In this document: positions 26,990-40,395 of the stretch, piece after piece
Numbering within the stretch: position 1 is the stretch's first letter
How the letters are laid out: each line of letters opens with the position of its first letter
Source: Raillietiella orientalis
Taxonomy: Eukaryota
DNA: 64,000 nucleotides
Direction: 5' to 3'
Assembly (NCBI GenBank): GCA_036172245.1
Contig: JAYWIR010000003.1
Span: 1,178,001-1,242,000, forward strand
Translations under genes and position numbers: made by a program
The notes under the pieces: generated by a model
Databases searched by the model: none
What the model saw: only the letters and a program-made list of their open reading frames with translations
Told to the model about the DNA's origin: nothing

Positions 26990-27545
26990 CCATTGTCCAA
27001 GGATGATTATCACCTGGTTCTACCGGAGCATTTATTACTTATGTGGGATCGACTCTCGACGATTGTGAACATTCCGGTGGGCGACCCAAAAGACATTTTC
27101 CGTCGCCTGCGATGCGGAACGCCCTGCCAGCTGCCGCGTGTGTTGCAGTTCTCTGCTGCATACGCTGAATACTGGAGAAGTGGAATGCATCGAGGAGGGG
27201 ACATCGAAGCCGGAATGCCATTCATTGGGCAGTCCTCTCCATGGAGGAGGCATGCCGATGGCGCCGGTTACGGACAATTCAACCGACACTTGCCCGTATC
27301 CGAAACCGGATGCAGAGGACTCCTCCCGGAGATCAGTGATCCCATCCCATCCCTCCCCACCCCATAAAACTTTGTCCCCCCGGCGTTTTTGTTTTTTGTT
27401 CTTTTTTTTTTGGTTTTCCCGGCCCCTTCGCCCGTGGAGAGGACCTCATCGGCCTGAGGGTTGGTAATGACAAGTGCAAAAAGACAGCCAGAACCATGTG
27501 TTTCGACTGGAGCAATGCACAAAAGACTAGATTTAATTTTAACAT
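26990..27545 (+). mobile_element. Short Tx1/L1-clade LINE 3' fragment
   Basis: HLLLMWDRLSTIVNIPVGDPK resembles the post-knuckle segment of neighbouring copies (RPLWGRLAATLG); followed by a C-rich and then a T-rich 3' UTR. Confidence 0.55.
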
Positions 27546-27568
27546 ATCATGTTGTATTTTAGAAAGAA

Positions 27569-28260
27569 GTCCCGGCTTATCCGGGTGAGAAATTTATTAT
27601 ATAAAGCAATAAAATACATTTTTGTGGTAGAACCGTTGGTTTTACCACGCACAACGAACCTGCCGAAGCAGACCAGCGAGGTATGCTTCGGCAGCGTGGG
27701 AAGAGGGAAAACCAAAGCACACACAGAAAAATAAACAAACAAAACGGTGGAAGGAAGATTCTACACGGTGAGGGAGGGGGGGACCGAGGAAGGGATCGCG
27801 GTAAGCTGCCAGGCGTCCTCTGCATCCCGTTCAGGATGCTGGCAAGTTGCGTTCTGATGTTGCCCCGGTGGGGTCATCTCGAGGCAGTCCTCAGGAAGAT
27901 CCGCGCCCAGTGGATGGCGTCCCTGCCATTCTAGCCTCTCCTTCCCGCGTTCCAGGCTGCACGATTCCGCGAACGCAGCAGCGGACTGCGAGGGACGTGG
28001 CTGGCGGTAGAGCGGCACGCGCGAAGAGACGTTTCCAAATGTACCTGGGGGGCCCTCCCAAAGGGATTCCTAGGATCGTCACTAGGCGATAACAAAAGGG
28101 TCGGAGGGCAGTACAGTCCAACACCAGGTGCGGGAAGGTCTCCTTCTTCCCACACCTGTCTCGCACTGAGCCTCCACGCTCCCTCCCCCCCGTGTCCAGA
28201 GGTGAAGACGCGCTTCGCACGGGATTCTCCCATGCGCCAACAGCAATGCCGACTCCACTT
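27569..28260 (-). mobile_element. Tx1/L1-clade LINE 3' fragment with intact 3' terminus
   Basis: Knuckle RCGKKETFPHLVLDCTALRPF; C-rich and T-rich 3' UTR; ends AATAAA-TTTCTCA-CCCGG-ataag-CCGGG-AC. Confidence 0.75.
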
Positions 28261-28728
28261 TGATCTTAAACAAAAGGCTGAGAAGCGACTCCTGCCACTG
28301 AAGAGGGGGCACTGTTCCAGCACGCTAAGGATCACTTCACCTCCTCCAGAGGGATGTCGAGCAGGTCTCCCCAGCGTACCAGTCCTTGAGGGTGCAACAC
28401 TCGAGGTCGCAGCGTCCGTCACTTCCGGAGTTGTCTATGCCCCCAGAAGTTTCGTCTTTGCTGCTATGAAACAAGTCACTTTCCACCTTGCCGGAATCAC
28501 GCTGTCCTCGGCTCAGGATAGAAATCCTTCTGGAGGTTTTCTGCTTTCTCTGCGTTCCTTCTAGATTGTTTCCTTTCTTTTCTTTCCTTTTTCGTTCGCC
28601 AAGTGCTGCAGAAGAACCGTTTGCCTCCTTTGGTGGCTCACGAAGCTCTTACATTGTTGTGTCCACACCACCTGAGAGTGTGTGACACTCTTCAGGATAG
28701 GGGATACCCAGGGAGGGGACCGCCCTAT

Positions 28729-29213
28729 GAATCCAGGAAGACTGCGGAGGGAAGGAGTCCGTTTTTCTTATGCTTGGTGGGGAATCCTCGCTCTGGTTGT
28801 CTCCGAAGAGAATCCCGAAGGGAACCTGCTTCCTTATTTGCTCTCCAGAGGAAAGACACTCCTCATTTTCTTCTCCGGAAGGAACCCGCGAGGGAACCGC
28901 TTCTCGTATTCCTTCTCTTCTGAAGAGAACCCCGTCGGGATGCTTCCCAGTTTCCCCGAAGGAAGCAGCGCTCTTTGACACTCGGGAGAGGCATCAACCA
29001 GCTGCGTGGAACGCGATGGTGGGTCAAGAGAAGGGAAGGGACAGCTCTAAGGTTTCATAACCCTAAAGGGAATCACCACCTCCTCTTCTTTTTCGGAGTT
29101 TTCTTTTTTTTCGGCTCCTCAATTCCTGGAAGGACCCCGGAGGATCGGCTTTCAATCCTGACCCCTCAGCAGGGGCATGCGGTTGTTTCCGTCTTCCACC
29201 AGTGCCGCACCCG
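28729..29213. repeat. GC-rich dispersed repeat, copy B
   Basis: Inverted homologue of 22200-22805; both translate to similar EENPEG-containing junk peptides. Confidence 0.75.
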
Positions 29214-29214
29214 C

Positions 29215-29889
29215 CGGCATCTGTGGACACGGCGGTGAGTGAACCCAAACTGTGCAAGGTGCGGGGAGCAGGAATCCTTCCCGCACCTCCTGGTAGACTG
29301 TGTTGCCCTCCGGCCCCTTTGGGGACGCTTGGCCGCGACCCTTGGAACTTCTGGCGGCAAAGCCAGAGGCGCTGTAAAGTATTTCTTCCCCCGAGACGCC
29401 GTCTCGCCGGTCGCATCCCCAGCAGCACTTTGCTGCCCACGTGGTGTGACCGTGGCTACATGGAACAGCAACGTCAGAGGAGGCCAAAACGACAGGGACG
29501 CCATCTATTTTACTGTCCTCTTCATGAGGACAGCGTCAGGATGGCTCCATCTGGGAGTCTTGAAACAGGAACTTGCCGACATCCTTACAAGGATGCAGGG
29601 GGCGCCCTCCAGCACATAGTGATTCCTTCCCGAACTCCCCTCCCCCTTCCTTCATCTTTCTTGACTGCAGTTTTTTGTTTTGTTTTCCTTTTTTTGTTTG
29701 TCTTCCCTTCCCTCGTGCTGCTGAGGCGCACCCTGCTGGCCTGTGTGCCAGATCCCGGCAGGTTCCTTTTCGTATTCATACGTAACATGGCAGGGTCAAA
29801 CGTCCTGCCACAGACATGTAGGTTTAGAAGTAAACGCCCTGGCGTGACCGGGTGTCAACCAGTGCCACACCCGAAGCCTACCGGGACAA
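29215..29889 (+). mobile_element. Tx1/L1-clade LINE 3' fragment
   Basis: NPNCARCGEQESFPHLLVDCVALRPLWGRL (CCHC knuckle), stop at 29619, C-rich and T-rich 3' UTR, terminal CACCCG...CGGGACAA. Confidence 0.8.
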
Positions 29890-29936
29890 CGGCGTCATCC
29901 CGCGGGAGAAACTCGAAACCCACGGCTCACCCCCTC

Positions 29937-30151
29937 TAGACGTCGATCCTACACCGGGGGATTCGCGCCCGCAACGACTCGCACCACGAGCGCGGCGACC
30001 GCCGCCACACAGCCGCCAGCACAGGAAACGTTCACATTGAACGCAGGGTTGTGTGAACGTTTCCTGTGCTGGCGGCTGTGTGGCGGCGGTCGCCGCGCTC
30101 GTGGTGCGAGTCGTTGCGGGCGCGAATCCCCCGGTGTAGGATCGAAGTCTA
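29937..30151. repeat. Palindrome with 100 bp arms and a 15 nt loop
   Basis: 29937-30036 and 30052-30151 are reverse complements with one mismatch near the base. Confidence 0.97.
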
Positions 30152-31676
30152 AATACAGGCATCTTAGATACAGCCTATTCATCCGACCGCAGAGCCCCTC
30201 TCGTGCGTAAACCGCATGTGCGGTCCTAGGGAAAGACCGGTTTCATAAAAAGCAAGATCATATCACGGTTAATGTCCGTCTTGCTTCCATCGACCTAATT
30301 TCAACGAGGCCGAGTTCGAACATGCAGCCACGAGCGCTCGAGCTTTCCCTTTTATCAATTCCGAGCTGCTACCTTCATCTTAATTTCCTTTCCAGCCAGC
30401 GTGCCATTCTCAGTTCCACCTGTTTTATTTGGGGGGCAAACTCTTGGGTGTGGATTCTGCAAATGTGCTTTTGCCGTCGAGAGCGCATGGGGAAAATGTC
30501 TGATGAACGAGAGAGCTGCCCTCGGTGGACGATCACGCAAGAAGCGGAAAAAAGTCTTGAGCTTTCCTTGCAGAGGTGGTCTTTAAAAGGGGGAGCCTGT
30601 CGCATCGGAATCGTTCGACTATAAATACCACCTGGCACAAACGCTAGCTGACTTTCCCAACTTCTGAGGTAATATGACGCGGGTAACCCTTTCTCAAGAA
30701 GTGCATATGGAAGGAGATCGAAATTACCTTGTGGCTCTGCTCGTCAAAAGGGCAACAGGTTCATCTTTCCAAGCAATCACGCTTGCCAACAAGGAACAGT
30801 CCACTTGCCAACAGTCCGTTTGATCATTCTGTTGAGGCATTTTTTTTTTTTTTTCCAATGCGTACATTATGGAAGAAGGCAGCTTTGACCAGCAACATTT
30901 TGCAATTTCGTTATTTCCTATGAAGGCTTGTGTGTACACGCTTCCTACCTTCGCGTAGCATCACTGAATCTCCTCAGAAAGGACGTTCGTCCCCGAGATG
31001 TGCGTTTTCTGTTTGGTCCTACGAGGAGTTGAAAACACTGTCCTACTCAGTCTCGCGGTGGCTTTGGAATTATCGCCTTCAGATGGCAGCTTTTCAGCAA
31101 AGCTTTTCGTCCTCAGTACCATATCTCTTCAGGGTCTAAATCTACCCACCACTGCCTGATCCTTTTCGAATCATTGCTTCGAGATGTTAAATCCCTTGCA
31201 GCTAAAATAATCTTCAGTCGTTCATTCTGTTGAGTAACTTAAATACCAGTTCATGAATTGCCGGGTAATTTATTCTTAGATGTCAGATCAAGGTCTCTCT
31301 GATTCTCGTGCACCAGACTTTAGAAAGAGATGAGTTTTTCTAAAGGTGAGAAAATAACTGTCTGGATTTCTGAAGTTGAAAACTTGGTCAAAATCTCAGG
31401 TTGTTGTCATAGTGATGCTTCACAGGATAGTCCGGTGAATGAAAATGGCATCTTTCAAGTACGGTGCTAAATTAATTTCAAAGAATCATTAATACCTTCA
31501 TATTTCCATTGTGCAAAAATTCCGTTCTTAATCTCCCAGAGTTATCTCTAAAATTCAAAGGGATATATTTTATGCGATCGATGTTTCAAGGTGTGTAACA
31601 TCGTTAAGAAAATATGGGGTTCGTATGCTTAAGGAATAACTAATGCAGAAAGCATATTATGGGAAGCAATGCATCT

Positions 31677-32370
31677 TTTAACACGCTGACTGCCACGTTG
31701 GTCACCAGTGACCGGAGATTGTTTCCTTTATGGGGCCATGGTGGCCATCAGCGACCGGAGTGCCTTGGACGTTAGAATAATTAAAATAAGACGAATATGG
31801 TCAACTAAAAAATTTTTAACATCATAGCTAACTAGACAATGTTATGAAATAAAAAAATGCAATATTCAACAATTAGAGATTCAAATGAAAACATTATATA
31901 TTGAATTACAAAACTTAAATACAGTGTATTGTATTAAAACATCTGAGGCTGGCCATCGTTTGTATCCATATCTTTCAAGGGTAATCTATGAACATGATTA
32001 TGAACAGATTTCACAAAATAATCGTAAATATCGCTCTATAATCGTAAAATCTAAGGTAGAAGTATACACATCCCTTATTATTATAGAAATGAACAGACAC
32101 TGTTTACTAATGTCTTGCACAACGCTTTCTCACGATTTTTACGATCCCTACCATACAAATTCTCACGACTCACCAACTAATGGGGATGTATTTGGCAAAA
32201 GAAATGAAGGGTTGTTTGTTACGGTTGCTACGATACCTTTCGAGGTGTATTACCATATCACGTAAACGCCATAGATAGCCATTTTCCTATATTTGTAAGA
32301 AAACATTCAAAAAAAGTAATCAAAGGTGAGTGCACCAAGGGTCCAAGGTGGTCACCCGTGACCATCGGCA
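31677..32370 (+). mobile_element. Possible decayed piggyBac-like element
   Basis: Starts TTAA-CACGCTGACTGCC...GGTCACCAGTGACC; a partial inverted copy GGTCACCCGTGACC...GGCA lies at 32349-32369; internal GLFVTVATIPFEVYYHIT* resembles a piggyBac C-terminus. Confidence 0.35.
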
Positions 32371-34447
32371 AGAGAAACCTACTGTGGATAAGGGCACGAT
32401 CTTATATAACCATATTTCTTATTATTTTGTCATTATATACTTAGAAAAATGAAAGTTCTCTTGTGGCCCTCTGAGAGCATCATGCATATCTGGTAAGTTA
32501 ATAAGTACTTTGAACATAATCAGGTAGTTTCTCAGACATCCAACTTGAACTCATTGTATTTCATTTTGCTCTGTATTGCATATTAAAAACTGAAGGAGTA
32601 AATACTGTTTCTTGATCAAGCTCCTTCTACGCTATTCATCACGTTGCATTATTCATCTTAAATGACCATCGTTGCGTTGAGGATTTTCAAGGAAATTGCA
32701 TTGCATCCATCCTTCTGTTTTTGAATCTTCTGAGGTGTGACATGAGAACATGAACGAATTTAAGGTGCTCTTGAAAGGAGGAGGCAGGGAACACTACTTT
32801 CGATCATCAACGAAACTCAGTTTTTTAAAAAAAAAAAAAAAAATTCAAATGCCATTTAACCGTAATGATTGTGGATATCTTTTATCCGCCTTTAGAAAAA
32901 GGTGTGTTTCTTACTTGCCTTTTCACTTCCCTTCTGATTCCAAAGAATTTAGTCACAGCCTCATTTTGATATTAGCGATTAACTTCTCTGTTTCTTAGTA
33001 TCGAAAAACTAATTCTCATCTATGAGGAAAACATCCAATCGGCATTCCTTTTCGAATTCCCTCGTATTCATGACCTTTCGTGTCATGACTGCGTTCAGGC
33101 ATGAGTCAAACGTTTTGCAAATCTTAATATGCTTTAAGTGTGGCAAAGCATAAATTCAGTTCTATGCAGTCTGCTACATGCTTTTCCTTCTGTTTCCTTT
33201 CCATCCTTTCAGAAAATCTCCGTTCTGCCACTCTGAAATTTTGGGATTCCCCAAAACGATTTCTTGCCTCAGATTTTTACTTTCTCTGTTTATCGTTCAG
33301 TCAATTTTGTTACCGACTCTGAAAAAGACGTTCTTGAAAGACTTTGACACATGACATGTATTCACGGGCTAAGACTTTCCTGAAAAGTACTTCGGACTCG
33401 TTTCTAGGAAATTATTCAGCAAAGCAAATAGGTGAATTTTTCTTGCATTTAGAAATAAAATGCCAGCATATGTCGTATCGTTGCACTCAAGGCTTACATC
33501 TGAGTGCTGCTATTCATAGAATGGAGTCATAGCAGGTGATCTTCATATGCACCCCAGTTGTATCTGAGCGTTTCTCCCTCTCTGAATAACTAAAATTCAA
33601 ACTTCTAAAGGGAGTGCTGCTTGCTATTTGAACATATGTGAACATGAAACTGTCTCGAATGATACATAGAGCACTTTCTTTTATAATTCCTTCTCTCAGG
33701 GAACAGTTGATTTTTCATGTCTATGGCTAGACGCTTGCAAATTATTCCCGTTGCTTGAGAGAATCACGAACACGTGGATTCGCAGTTACATTTCAAATGG
33801 GCAAAAATTTCTGTGAGGAAGATCATCGCTTATGAAAAAACAAATGAGGTTTTTTTCTATTTTCCAAACTTTTAGCTCCCATATCTCTGTCAGTGACTCA
33901 CCAAGTGGAGATCCCCTATTCGATGCTCGAAAGCGTGCCCCTATTAGCATCATGGTTTGCTTGTCACAGGTGCTCTTCATTGCTGGAAAATGATCTGAAG
34001 TTTCTCGTACTCCTCTGAGACAAAAAAAAAAAACAAACAAACGCGGATCTGCTGAAGTAAATTATTAATCTCTAAAATAAACACATCCCTTGAAGATAAG
34101 GCTTCCGCAATAGCGAGTTGCTTCTCGCAAATTCATGTTTGTCTTTGCCTGTGCTTTGCAATTCAGTAGTTTTATCCGAAATTTGTCCTTCACGAATTCG
34201 AATACATACATCTGGAACGAACAGGCGTGCTCCTAAGCACTAAGCTCTTCCCTTTGTGAGGATCATTTTAATTGACGAATCTTCACATACTGTTGGAGAA
34301 ATCAGTGCAATGAAAGGGATTTCCGACTTCATGAATAAATTTGTAATGGATTCGTTGCCTCCTGAGTTAAAAACATGATTACCACATGCATAATTAATGG
34401 AAGTGTTCCTAAATTTTTAAAATATAGCATTATTGTTTACTAGCTTT

Positions 34448-34594
34448 AATAAGAAAGCTATCAATGAGTTACCATGCAATGTTTTCAGAGCTTTCAATAC
34501 GAAAGCATTGCATAGTAACTCACTGATATTCATAGTAACTCATTGACAGCTTTCTTATTGAAAACTCTGAAAACATTGCATAGTAACTCATTGA
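34448..34594. repeat. Mixed inverted/tandem duplication
   Basis: catagtaactca occurs at 34511, 34531 and 34579, with a near-exact inverse at 34465; 34461-34499 is a near reverse complement of 34556-34594. Confidence 0.85.
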
Positions 34595-37500
34595 GATCTC
34601 GAAAAATTTTCTGAACAGGACCACAAAAAGATTTTTTAAAAACACAATCGTTCAAAGAATGTATAATGATTCTTTGTTGATGTTCTCTGAATAATATGGA
34701 ATTGTCTCAAATACTTCTCCTTTCTTTTTTTCTAGTACATTTTTCGGACTTAAAGCACATTAACCACCTGTAAACATGTGTAAAAATATGTATCATTTTT
34801 TATTGTTATAGTATCTTTTTAAGGGATAACCTCAACAAAGTTCACAAAACATATGTTTAACTCCGAGCATAGACCTGAAGAAGACGCATGACAAAAAAGT
34901 GTCCTCAGTTGGTTTACTGATTTTTCGTTTTATATTATTGCAAAATCTCATTAAAAAGATTTCTGTTACTTGGAATCTTATGCTTTAAAACCACTGGGCC
35001 TTTAAAGAGATTTGAAACTGAAATATTGATTGAAATAACAAATATTAGATCATGTGATATTGAAAAGCAACAAGTCAGAATCTCCTTTTTTAATGGATGA
35101 AACAATTTTCAGAAACTGTGGATATGTGACTACAATGAAAAGCATACTGTTTTCAATACGAATAAGTTTCCAACTCATTTCTCTGGAATATAAAGAGCTT
35201 ACGAAGTCTAGAGCGTAGACTTTTGAAGTTATAATTCTCCTTACAGTGCCTTAATTGGAAGATAAAAATAAAGTCACTGATATTGCTAAAATATATGAAT
35301 GATAGATATTATACCAAAATATGTTATGTGAATCTCTTAACTCTGGTCTATCTCCGATTTATTCTAAACCTCATTGGAATAAGATTTATTACTTTCACGT
35401 TATTTTAGGACGATGTTGGGATCTAAAAACTGAGTCCTTCGAGAATGTTTTGCTCAGAACAATCAAGAATTGTTCCTCATAAATCATTCGATGACGTCCG
35501 TATTTGCAATGTGGAGTTCTTTTCGTGCAAACGATTAAAGCACTAAAAAGACCCTTCCCTATGTAGTATCTTCACATAAGGAGATGCTGAAATCCAATGT
35601 TATACCAACAAATACAGATTTCCTTTTATACTATGAAATTCCACTACGCAAGCCAGTCTTGGATTAGAATAGCTGAAGTTCCAATTATAATGGCAGAACT
35701 TTTAATAACTTACTTCGTGAAGCTATAAGGATGCGTCATAAGTAATCCTTATAGAGTCACTGAAACCATTCAACTAGATAATTGGTGCTATGAAATGATA
35801 CGGTACAAATTTCTATTGCCGCCGACAATTTTACACATCATTCAGAGACTGCCATGATCAAATCAGATGTCGTTATATTTGTTACTCTGAATCAGCTTAA
35901 GTTTATTTCAGCTATATACAGCTTATACTAGGATAGACATTTAAAAGGAATATCAAATGAGCAGGAATTTGACAAAGTTGAAATCATGAAATTAAAAATG
36001 TAAATGAAATTTCCTGTTTAGTTAGTGTAATAAAAAAAAAACTAACCCTATCAAATTAACTACTGAGGAAAATTGAAATGTATTGAATTGTGAAATGCTT
36101 GTAAAGCCAACACATGATCAGTGTAACGGATGTATAATACCATTAGTCTAGCACTCCGAGAAAACTTTCAGTTTCAACTATGTAGAAAAAGAAAACCTTT
36201 TGATGTAAGCGAAATCAGTCTAAAACTAGATAAAAGAAAAAAAATAAAATAAATTTACTTAATCCAATCTTTGCCCACATGCAGCTCCAATATTGAATTT
36301 TTGGAAATGAGGTTGCTTTTCAAATGAAATACATTTTACTGTCAATATTCGTTTTGCTGAGTTCCAGCTGTATTATTACTAGTCCCATTCACACAGTGGG
36401 AATGAATTCGGAAGTAATGTCCGATCTGGAAATTAGATTATATTTTGTGGAAACACTGCAAGCAAATAATGAGGAACTTTTCGTACTACCTTGTGAATGA
36501 AGATAGATCTTAATTTACACTGATCTCAATTTAAATTCTTTAATCTCAATCTGTTTATTAATTTCATGGCATTAGAATGCTCCAGAAAAATCACAGAGTT
36601 TTATTATTGGAATCAAAAGACTGATTGCATAAACTTTGATTTTTAACGAGCAATCTGTTTTTGCATTAAATTTAAGTACTTATAATGGTGTATGTTGCTT
36701 GTAAGTGTTTCCAATGTTTGTATGTATTCTCTGTTGTCCAAAGAGTGTACACAGAAATAATGATTTTAATTACTGAAACTATCACAGCCATCAGGCAATA
36801 TAAACATGTATATATCATAGAAATAGATTTATACTTACGTGCATGCGTTTCTAAAGAAAAGGATTCTCTTTATTTTGCAAACTATGATTCATATCACTTA
36901 TCACTTATAATTTGTCATTTTATAGCATATTTCGAGGAGGGCATTTTGTAACCAATGAAGATTTCTTGCATTGTATCTTCATTTTCATTAATTTTATAGC
37001 TTTTAGAATTTTCCTCATTTTCAACCTTGCTCATTTCTAAAAGGCCGTGAGTGGTATGACAGGAATTTTCAACTAATAGATAAAAAAGGAACGGCATCTT
37101 TCCTGGAAGTTAAAGGCGGTTGCATGAAGGAATTTCAAGCTTTTTATAGTAAAGAGACAATTATATGTGTAAGGACGATTCTTTTGAAACTATAGGTGCA
37201 ATCAGTTCGCATAAATTCCCTATTCGTATTTTCCCTCATGTGTGGTGGTTCATTATTTTTCGGCAGATCGTCGGCCTTAGTTTGATATCGCTAAACAGAG
37301 TTTCTATTGGTTATCTTTGTGTACTATAGGAGTGGTAAACCAAAAAATCCTAACTTCCGATAATGAAAATGTATTTGATTCGGCGGCCCATAAGATATTT
37401 TTTTTCCATCGAAACACTTGATTTTATTAGTAATTTCACTGCCTATAAATTAATTGTCCTGTAAAGATATATCTAATGCAGTGATGAACACACGTTCATG

Positions 37501-38404
37501 CTCTTAAAACAAATTCATCAAAGTTAGTTGCTTCTTCCCTAAAAACTGTATCACCTAGGGTGTGGTAGAAGAAATCTAAATCGTTGAATTTTGAATGCTT
37601 TCGTAAATTAGATAATGAGGAATACTGAGATTTTGTAAAGATTTATGAGATCTGCAACGTTTGACCCAACCTCCGGAACGTATAATAGTAGTTCATGTAG
37701 ATCGAGTGACATCTACAGGATCTATACAAATCATAAAATCCCGTTCCCGAAGGGAATTTTTTCTCTTCAAACTGCTCCTGGTAAAGTGTGGGTTGCTAGT
37801 TGGGCATTTCGTGCAGCGTGATTTTCATTCGTGCAGATGAGCAAAGATTTGAAGAGAGAACTTTTTTTTCCCCTTCTGTTGCTCGAAGTGGCATGTAGCG
37901 AAATCTGCTCTTTCGTGGTTACATATTTGCGCCAAATTCATACCATTTTCAATTTACATCACCAGTTTTTTTTTTTTTTTAAAAAAAAAGAACATCGGTT
38001 TATTGCAATGCCTAATCAAGGAGTCGGTAAAATAATAATTTGAATGAATCGTTGTTTTTTTTGTCTTTCCCAACTTCCGGTGAAGGGAGGTATATCCCAA
38101 AATCGTTCAGAAGAGATTGTAAATTTTTTAGTTAATACTTGAATTTCAATTTGTGTTTTAGCAATTAATCCGTAAATTGTGATATGTGGTCTTATGTGTT
38201 CAAGAGTTGATTATCAAAGGATGTGTTTTTTTTATATTCAGTGGAGGAAGTTTAGCCATTCTGAGCACTAAGGTCAGCATAAAATTTCCAAGAATTATAA
38301 TGACAGCAATTCCGCATGAATTGCCTTATTTACTTTTATTTGCAACTTGGTTAGTTCAATGAAGTGATCTTTCTGGAGCTCCGGACATTGCTGTCTGCAA
38401 TAAC

Positions 38405-39754
38405 ATGTCAGCTTTACTTGTTGTAGCAGTTTTGTTGATTTTATTGGTTTTGAGCCTGTTAAAAGTATCAGAACCTATAGAAATACCAAAAATTTATGGA
38501 CATGATAAATTTCTGACAGCCTTACTTGAAAGCTGTTCAACTCTTAACTATCCTTTTGAACCAACATGGCTCTGGGGAAAGAATGGACATATACAAACAA
38601 TTGTTCATGCCATAGTAGGTCGTGTCTGTTGTCCACAGCCAAAGGATAGTAAACGATATGAAGTAGTTTTACCTGATGGTGCTACTATAACTTATGACTT
38701 GTATAACCCTCTTGGTCTGCATTCTGCTGGTGATGTTACGTTAGCTATCTGTCCTGGCATAGCTAACAGTAGTCAGTCAGTCTATGTTAGAGCTTTGCTA
38801 CGCCTTGCTCAAGGTGAGGGATGGCGCTGTGCTGCCCTAAATCATTTAGGTGTTATCGATGTTCCATTGACAACCCCTCGCATTTTTGCCTATGGTGAGT
38901 AAGCAATCATTTCATACTTTCATTGTTTGTGTAGGAAATACAGAAGAGCTGGCACACATGTTAGATGATTTAGTAATTTTATTTCCACAAACACGGATTG
39001 TGCTTGTGGGATTCAGTATGGGAGGAAACATAGTAGTGAAATATTTGGGGGAAAAGAGAAAGCATCCTGCTCAAATTGTTGCTGCCATATCTATCTGCCA
39101 AGGATATGATGTTCTCTTGGGAATTCAGCTACTCATGCAGCTAACTGGAATCATGGCTCGTATTTATTTGCATGGCTTAACTGAGGCTATGCGTAGACTT
39201 GTGATGCGCCATCGTTCTGTACTCTTGGCAGAATCAGTCAGACAGGAGTATGATCTACCAGAGGCAGCACGTATCATAGCAGCTCCTTCTATTAGGGAAC
39301 TTGATGAATTGTACACTAGGTGAGTAAATGAATAATTAACATACATGCATGGTATGTGTAGGCGAGTTCATCGCCATTCTGATTTGGAAGCATTTTATGA
39401 TTCTCAAGGCTCTGTCCATTATCTTGACAGTGTTATGATTCCTTTAGTTTTAATTAATTCCAAGGATGACCCTCTAGTCCCATTACCTTTACAGCAGATT
39501 GCACACAGATCTGCTGGTAAGCCATATTTCTGTTCATCCATTATTGTAAAGTGCTTTTCATTGTAGAGAAACAAAATGGCATAGTTCTTGTGGAAACAAA
39601 ACATGGGGGCCACTTGGGGTTTTTTGAAGGAGGCATACTTTATCCAAACCCAGTGACATGGCTTGATCGTGTTATTGTGGAAGTTGCAGCAACATTAGCT
39701 CAGCTTCCTAAAGGCTACATATTGAACTTAATAGGACAAGAAGCTTCTACTTGA
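38405..39754 (+). CDS. ABHD2: Alpha/beta-hydrolase domain protein 2 (monoacylglycerol lipase ABHD2-like)
   Basis: N-terminal hydrophobic anchor, WGKNGHIQT, CPGIANSS, GFSMGG nucleophile elbow, SKDDP, HGGHLGFFEGG. Exons 38405-38894, 38935-39319, 39362-39516, 39567-39754. Confidence 0.93.
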
Positions 39755-40395
39755 TTCCGAGGAAAATAAATTGTTCTTCCGGTATATTACTTGAAGATTT
39801 AGAACAGTGTTGGAAGCACATGTAGATAAATATTTCCAGTGCTAAAAGAGAAAGCATCAACATAATGAGAACCACGTTTATGTGCTCAATATCAGGAATC
39901 CAAACATTAAAATGAAATGATTACAGACACCCTTCCTGTTTATGTGTATGTTCGAATTTTATGATATGAAGCTTGAACATTTAATTCAGTATCATTAAAA
40001 AATTGGTTTGCCAAGTGGTGCTTTATCAGTTACAAACTGGCCGTCGTCCTTCCACCGTTTGTTGACTGTTGATTGTTTTCCGATGTTGGCTGTTTGATTA
40101 TCCGAAATTTCGAAAGATGAATTGTTTGCATCGTTAGCTTATTAACGGTTCCCAATTGTTAGCTTTGTGTAAGGATGGAATTATATAAAGTATTATTTGG
40201 AAATATATGAATACTTCTAAACTGTTTTCTTTGGGTATGCAACTGACGGCAAGGGTTGCATGGCAAATTCATCACCTGCTCATTTGCCTCAGAATTCAGT
40301 AACTAGTGCGCTCATCCCAAAATCTACAGGAAAAACGCTTTCAAAGTGGATATGGTATTGAAAACGAACAGCGGCTGAAAGTGACTCGTTTTTCA

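Noticed and set aside
27660..27695. GCTTCGGCAGC matching the U6 5' stem-loop
   Set aside because: It is one arm of an 11 bp hairpin in a LINE 3' UTR, and no further U6 sequence follows.
30625..30637. ATACCACCTGGC resembling the U1 5' end
   Set aside because: Mismatched, with no downstream U1 structure.
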